Below, piece by piece: positions 62,301 through 64,000 of a stretch of DNA of 64,000 nucleotides. Source of the DNA: the human T2T-CHM13v2.0 reference genome, Homo sapiens. A program made the position numbers and the translations under genes. Where the stretch lies: assembly GCF_009914755.1 (NCBI RefSeq), contig NC_060942.1. One strand, written 5' to 3'. The notes under the pieces are model-generated. The model did no database searches. It had not been told where the DNA came from and was given only the letters and a program-made list of their open reading frames with translations. The first letter of the stretch is position 1. Every line of letters starts with the position of its first letter.

Positions 62301-64000
62301 GCTTGCATTCAAGTCACAGAGTAGAACATTCCCTTTGGTAGAGCAGGTTTGAAACACTCTTTTTGTAGTATCTGGAAGTGGACATTTGGAGCGCTTTCAG
62401 GCCTACGTTGGAAAAGGAAATATCTTCCCATAACAACTAGACAGAAGCATTCTCAGAAACTAGTTTCTGATGTGTGTCCTCAACTAACACAGTTGAACAT
62501 TTCTTTAGACAGAACAGTTTTGAAACACTCTTTTTGTGGAATCTGCAAGTGGCTATTTGGCTAGATTTGAGGATTTCGTTGGAAACGGGATTACATATAA
62601 AAAGCAGTCAGCGGCATTCTCAGAAAGTTCTTTGTGATGATTGCATTCAAGTCACAGAATTGAACATTCCCTTTCACAGAGCAGGTTTGAAACACTCTTT
62701 TTGTAGTGTGTGTAAGTGGACATTTGGAGCACTTACCGGCCTAAGGTGAAAAAGGAAATATCTTCCCATAAAAACTAGACAGAAGCATTCTCAGAAACTT
62801 ACTCGTGATGTGTGTCCTCAACTAAAGGGGTAGAACCTTTCTTTTCATAGAGAAGTTTTGAAACGCTCTTTTTGTGGAATCTGCAAGTGGATATTTGGCT
62901 AGTTTTGAGGATTTCGTTGGAAGCGGGAATTCATACAAATTGCAGACTGCAGCGTTCTGAGAAACATCTTTGTGATGTTTGTATTCAGGACACAGAGTTG
63001 AACATTCCCTATCATAGAGCAGGTTTGAATCACTCCTTTTGTAGTATCTGGAAGTGGACATTTGGAGCGCTTTCAGGCCTATGTTGGAAAAGGAAATATC
63101 TTCCCATAACAACTAGACAGAAGCATTCTCAGAAACTTATTTGAGATGTGTGTACTCAACTAAGAGAATTGAACCACCGTTTTGAAGGAGCAGTTTTGAA
63201 ACTCTCTTTTTCTGGAATCTGCAAGTGGATATTTGGCTAGCTTTGGGGATTTCGCTGGAAGCGGGAATACATATAAAAAGCACACAGCAGCGTTCTGAGA
63301 AACTGCTTTCTGATGTTTGCATTCAAGTCAAAAGTTGAACACTCCCTTTCATAGAGCAGTCCTGAAACACCCCTTTTGTAGTATCTGGAACTGGACTTTT
63401 GGAGCGATTTCAGGGCTAAGGTGAAAAAGGAAATATCTTCCCATAAAAACTGGACAGAAGCATTCTCAGAAACTTGTTTATGCTGTATCTACTCAACTAA
63501 CAAAGTTGAACCTTTCTTTTGATAGAGCAGTTTTGAAATGGTCTTTTTGTGGAATCTGCAAGTGGATATTTGGCTAGTTTTGAGGATTTCGTTGGAAGCG
63601 GGAATTCATACAAATTGCAGACTGCAGCGTTCTGAGAAACATCTTTGTGATGTTTGTATTCAGGACACAGAGTTGAACATTCCCTATCATAGAGCAGGTT
63701 GGAATCACTCCTTTTGTAGTATCTGGAAGTGGACATTTGGAGCGCTTTCAGGCCTATTTTGGAAAGGGAAATATCTTCCCGTAACAACTATGCAGAAGCA
63801 TTCTCAGAAACTTGTTTGTGATGTGTGCCCTCTACTGACAGAGTTGAACCTTTCTTTTCATAGAGCAGTTTTGAAACACTCTTTTTGTAGAATCTGCAAG
63901 AGGATATTTGCATAGCTTTGAGGATTTCGTGGGAAACGGGATTGTCTTCAGGTAAAATCTAGACAGAAGCATTCTCAGAAACTTCTTTGGGATGTTTGCA
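20389..64000 (+). repeat. HOR sub-domain 2: 21 complete 2035-bp copies plus a partial copy, canonical GGAAATATCTTCCC in monomer 10
   Basis: The extra A is absent from 22051-22067 onward. ORF period is 2035. The boundary cannot be placed more finely than between 20025 and about 22060. Confidence 0.95.

Larger units (their letters stand above)
1..64000 (+). repeat. Centromeric alpha-satellite (alphoid) higher-order repeat array, 12-mer HOR, about 31.4 copies, single orientation
   Basis: Monomers of 167-172 bp start with CATTCTCAGAAA or CGTTCTGAGAAA and carry typical alphoid blocks (TTTGAAACACTCTTTTTGT, GGAAATATCTTCCC). ORF-track coordinates recur at an exact 2036 then 2035 bp period across the window. 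Confidence 0.99.
1..64000 (+). repeat. D18Z1: Probable identity: human chromosome 18 active HOR array D18Z1 (SF2, D1/D2 dimeric family)
   Basis: 12-monomer unit of ~2.04 kb with strict A/B dimer alternation. The 167-bp B monomers end in ACATATAAAAAGCA..CAGCAG, typical of SF2. Two EcoRI sites per unit (507-512, 1868-1873) give 1361 and 675 bp fragments, matching my recollection of the 1.36/0.68 kb EcoRI pattern of chr18 alphoid DNA. No database search was run. Confidence 0.8.

Noticed and set aside
42-63915. About 250 ORFs of 61-125 aa on both strands (e.g. MVFLWNLQVDIW..., MLREDISLSK...)
   Set aside because: They are translations of alpha-satellite monomers recurring at the HOR period, overlapping on both strands with no recognisable domain. 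Database hits to such peptides would be satellite mis-annotations.
1-64000. CRISPR-like pattern of a conserved motif (CAGAAGCATTCTCAGAAAC) separated by variable sequence
   Set aside because: The intervening sequences are homologous ~150-bp monomer bodies that repeat every 12 units, not unique spacers, and there are no cas genes.
1-64000. Transposon insertion, inversion or truncated/variant-length HOR
   Set aside because: The ORF-track period is exactly 2036 or 2035 bp throughout with constant orientation, leaving no room for any insertion or monomer deletion.
1-64000. A previously undescribed biological system
   Set aside because: Everything visible is explained by a known class of centromeric HOR array and its turnover. 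The SNV patterns are informative about evolution but show no sign of an encoded function.

Overview
The whole 64 kb window is one uninterrupted, head-to-tail human-type centromeric alpha-satellite array. It is built from ~171-bp monomers arranged in a 12-monomer higher-order repeat (HOR) of 2035-2036 bp: 31 complete copies (29-63123) plus partial copies at both ends. Monomers alternate strictly between CENP-B-box (B) and pJ-alpha-type (A) forms, with 6 intact CENP-B boxes per HOR. The dimeric structure, monomer sequences, 12-mer length and EcoRI spacing (1361/1360 + 675 bp) best match D18Z1, the active chromosome 18 array of suprachromosomal family 2; this assignment is from recall, not a search. 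I found no genes, RNAs, transposons, inversions or truncated HORs, and every ORF in the track is a repeat artefact. I see no support for a new biological system. The informative signal is array evolution: a 1-bp indel splitting the array into a 2036-bp and a 2035-bp domain, 11 SNV sites found by eye with help from the ORF track (others may be missed), multi-HOR duplications, probable conversion between paralogous monomers, and a mosaic internal HOR structure. HOR copy starts (at CATTCTCAGAAA): 29, 2065, 4101, 6137, 8173, 10209, 12245, 14281, 16317, 18353, 20389, 22424, 24459, 26494, 28529, 30564, 32599, 34634, 36669, 38704, 40739, 42774, 44809, 46844, 48879, 50914, 52949, 54984, 57019, 59054, 61089, 63124 (partial).
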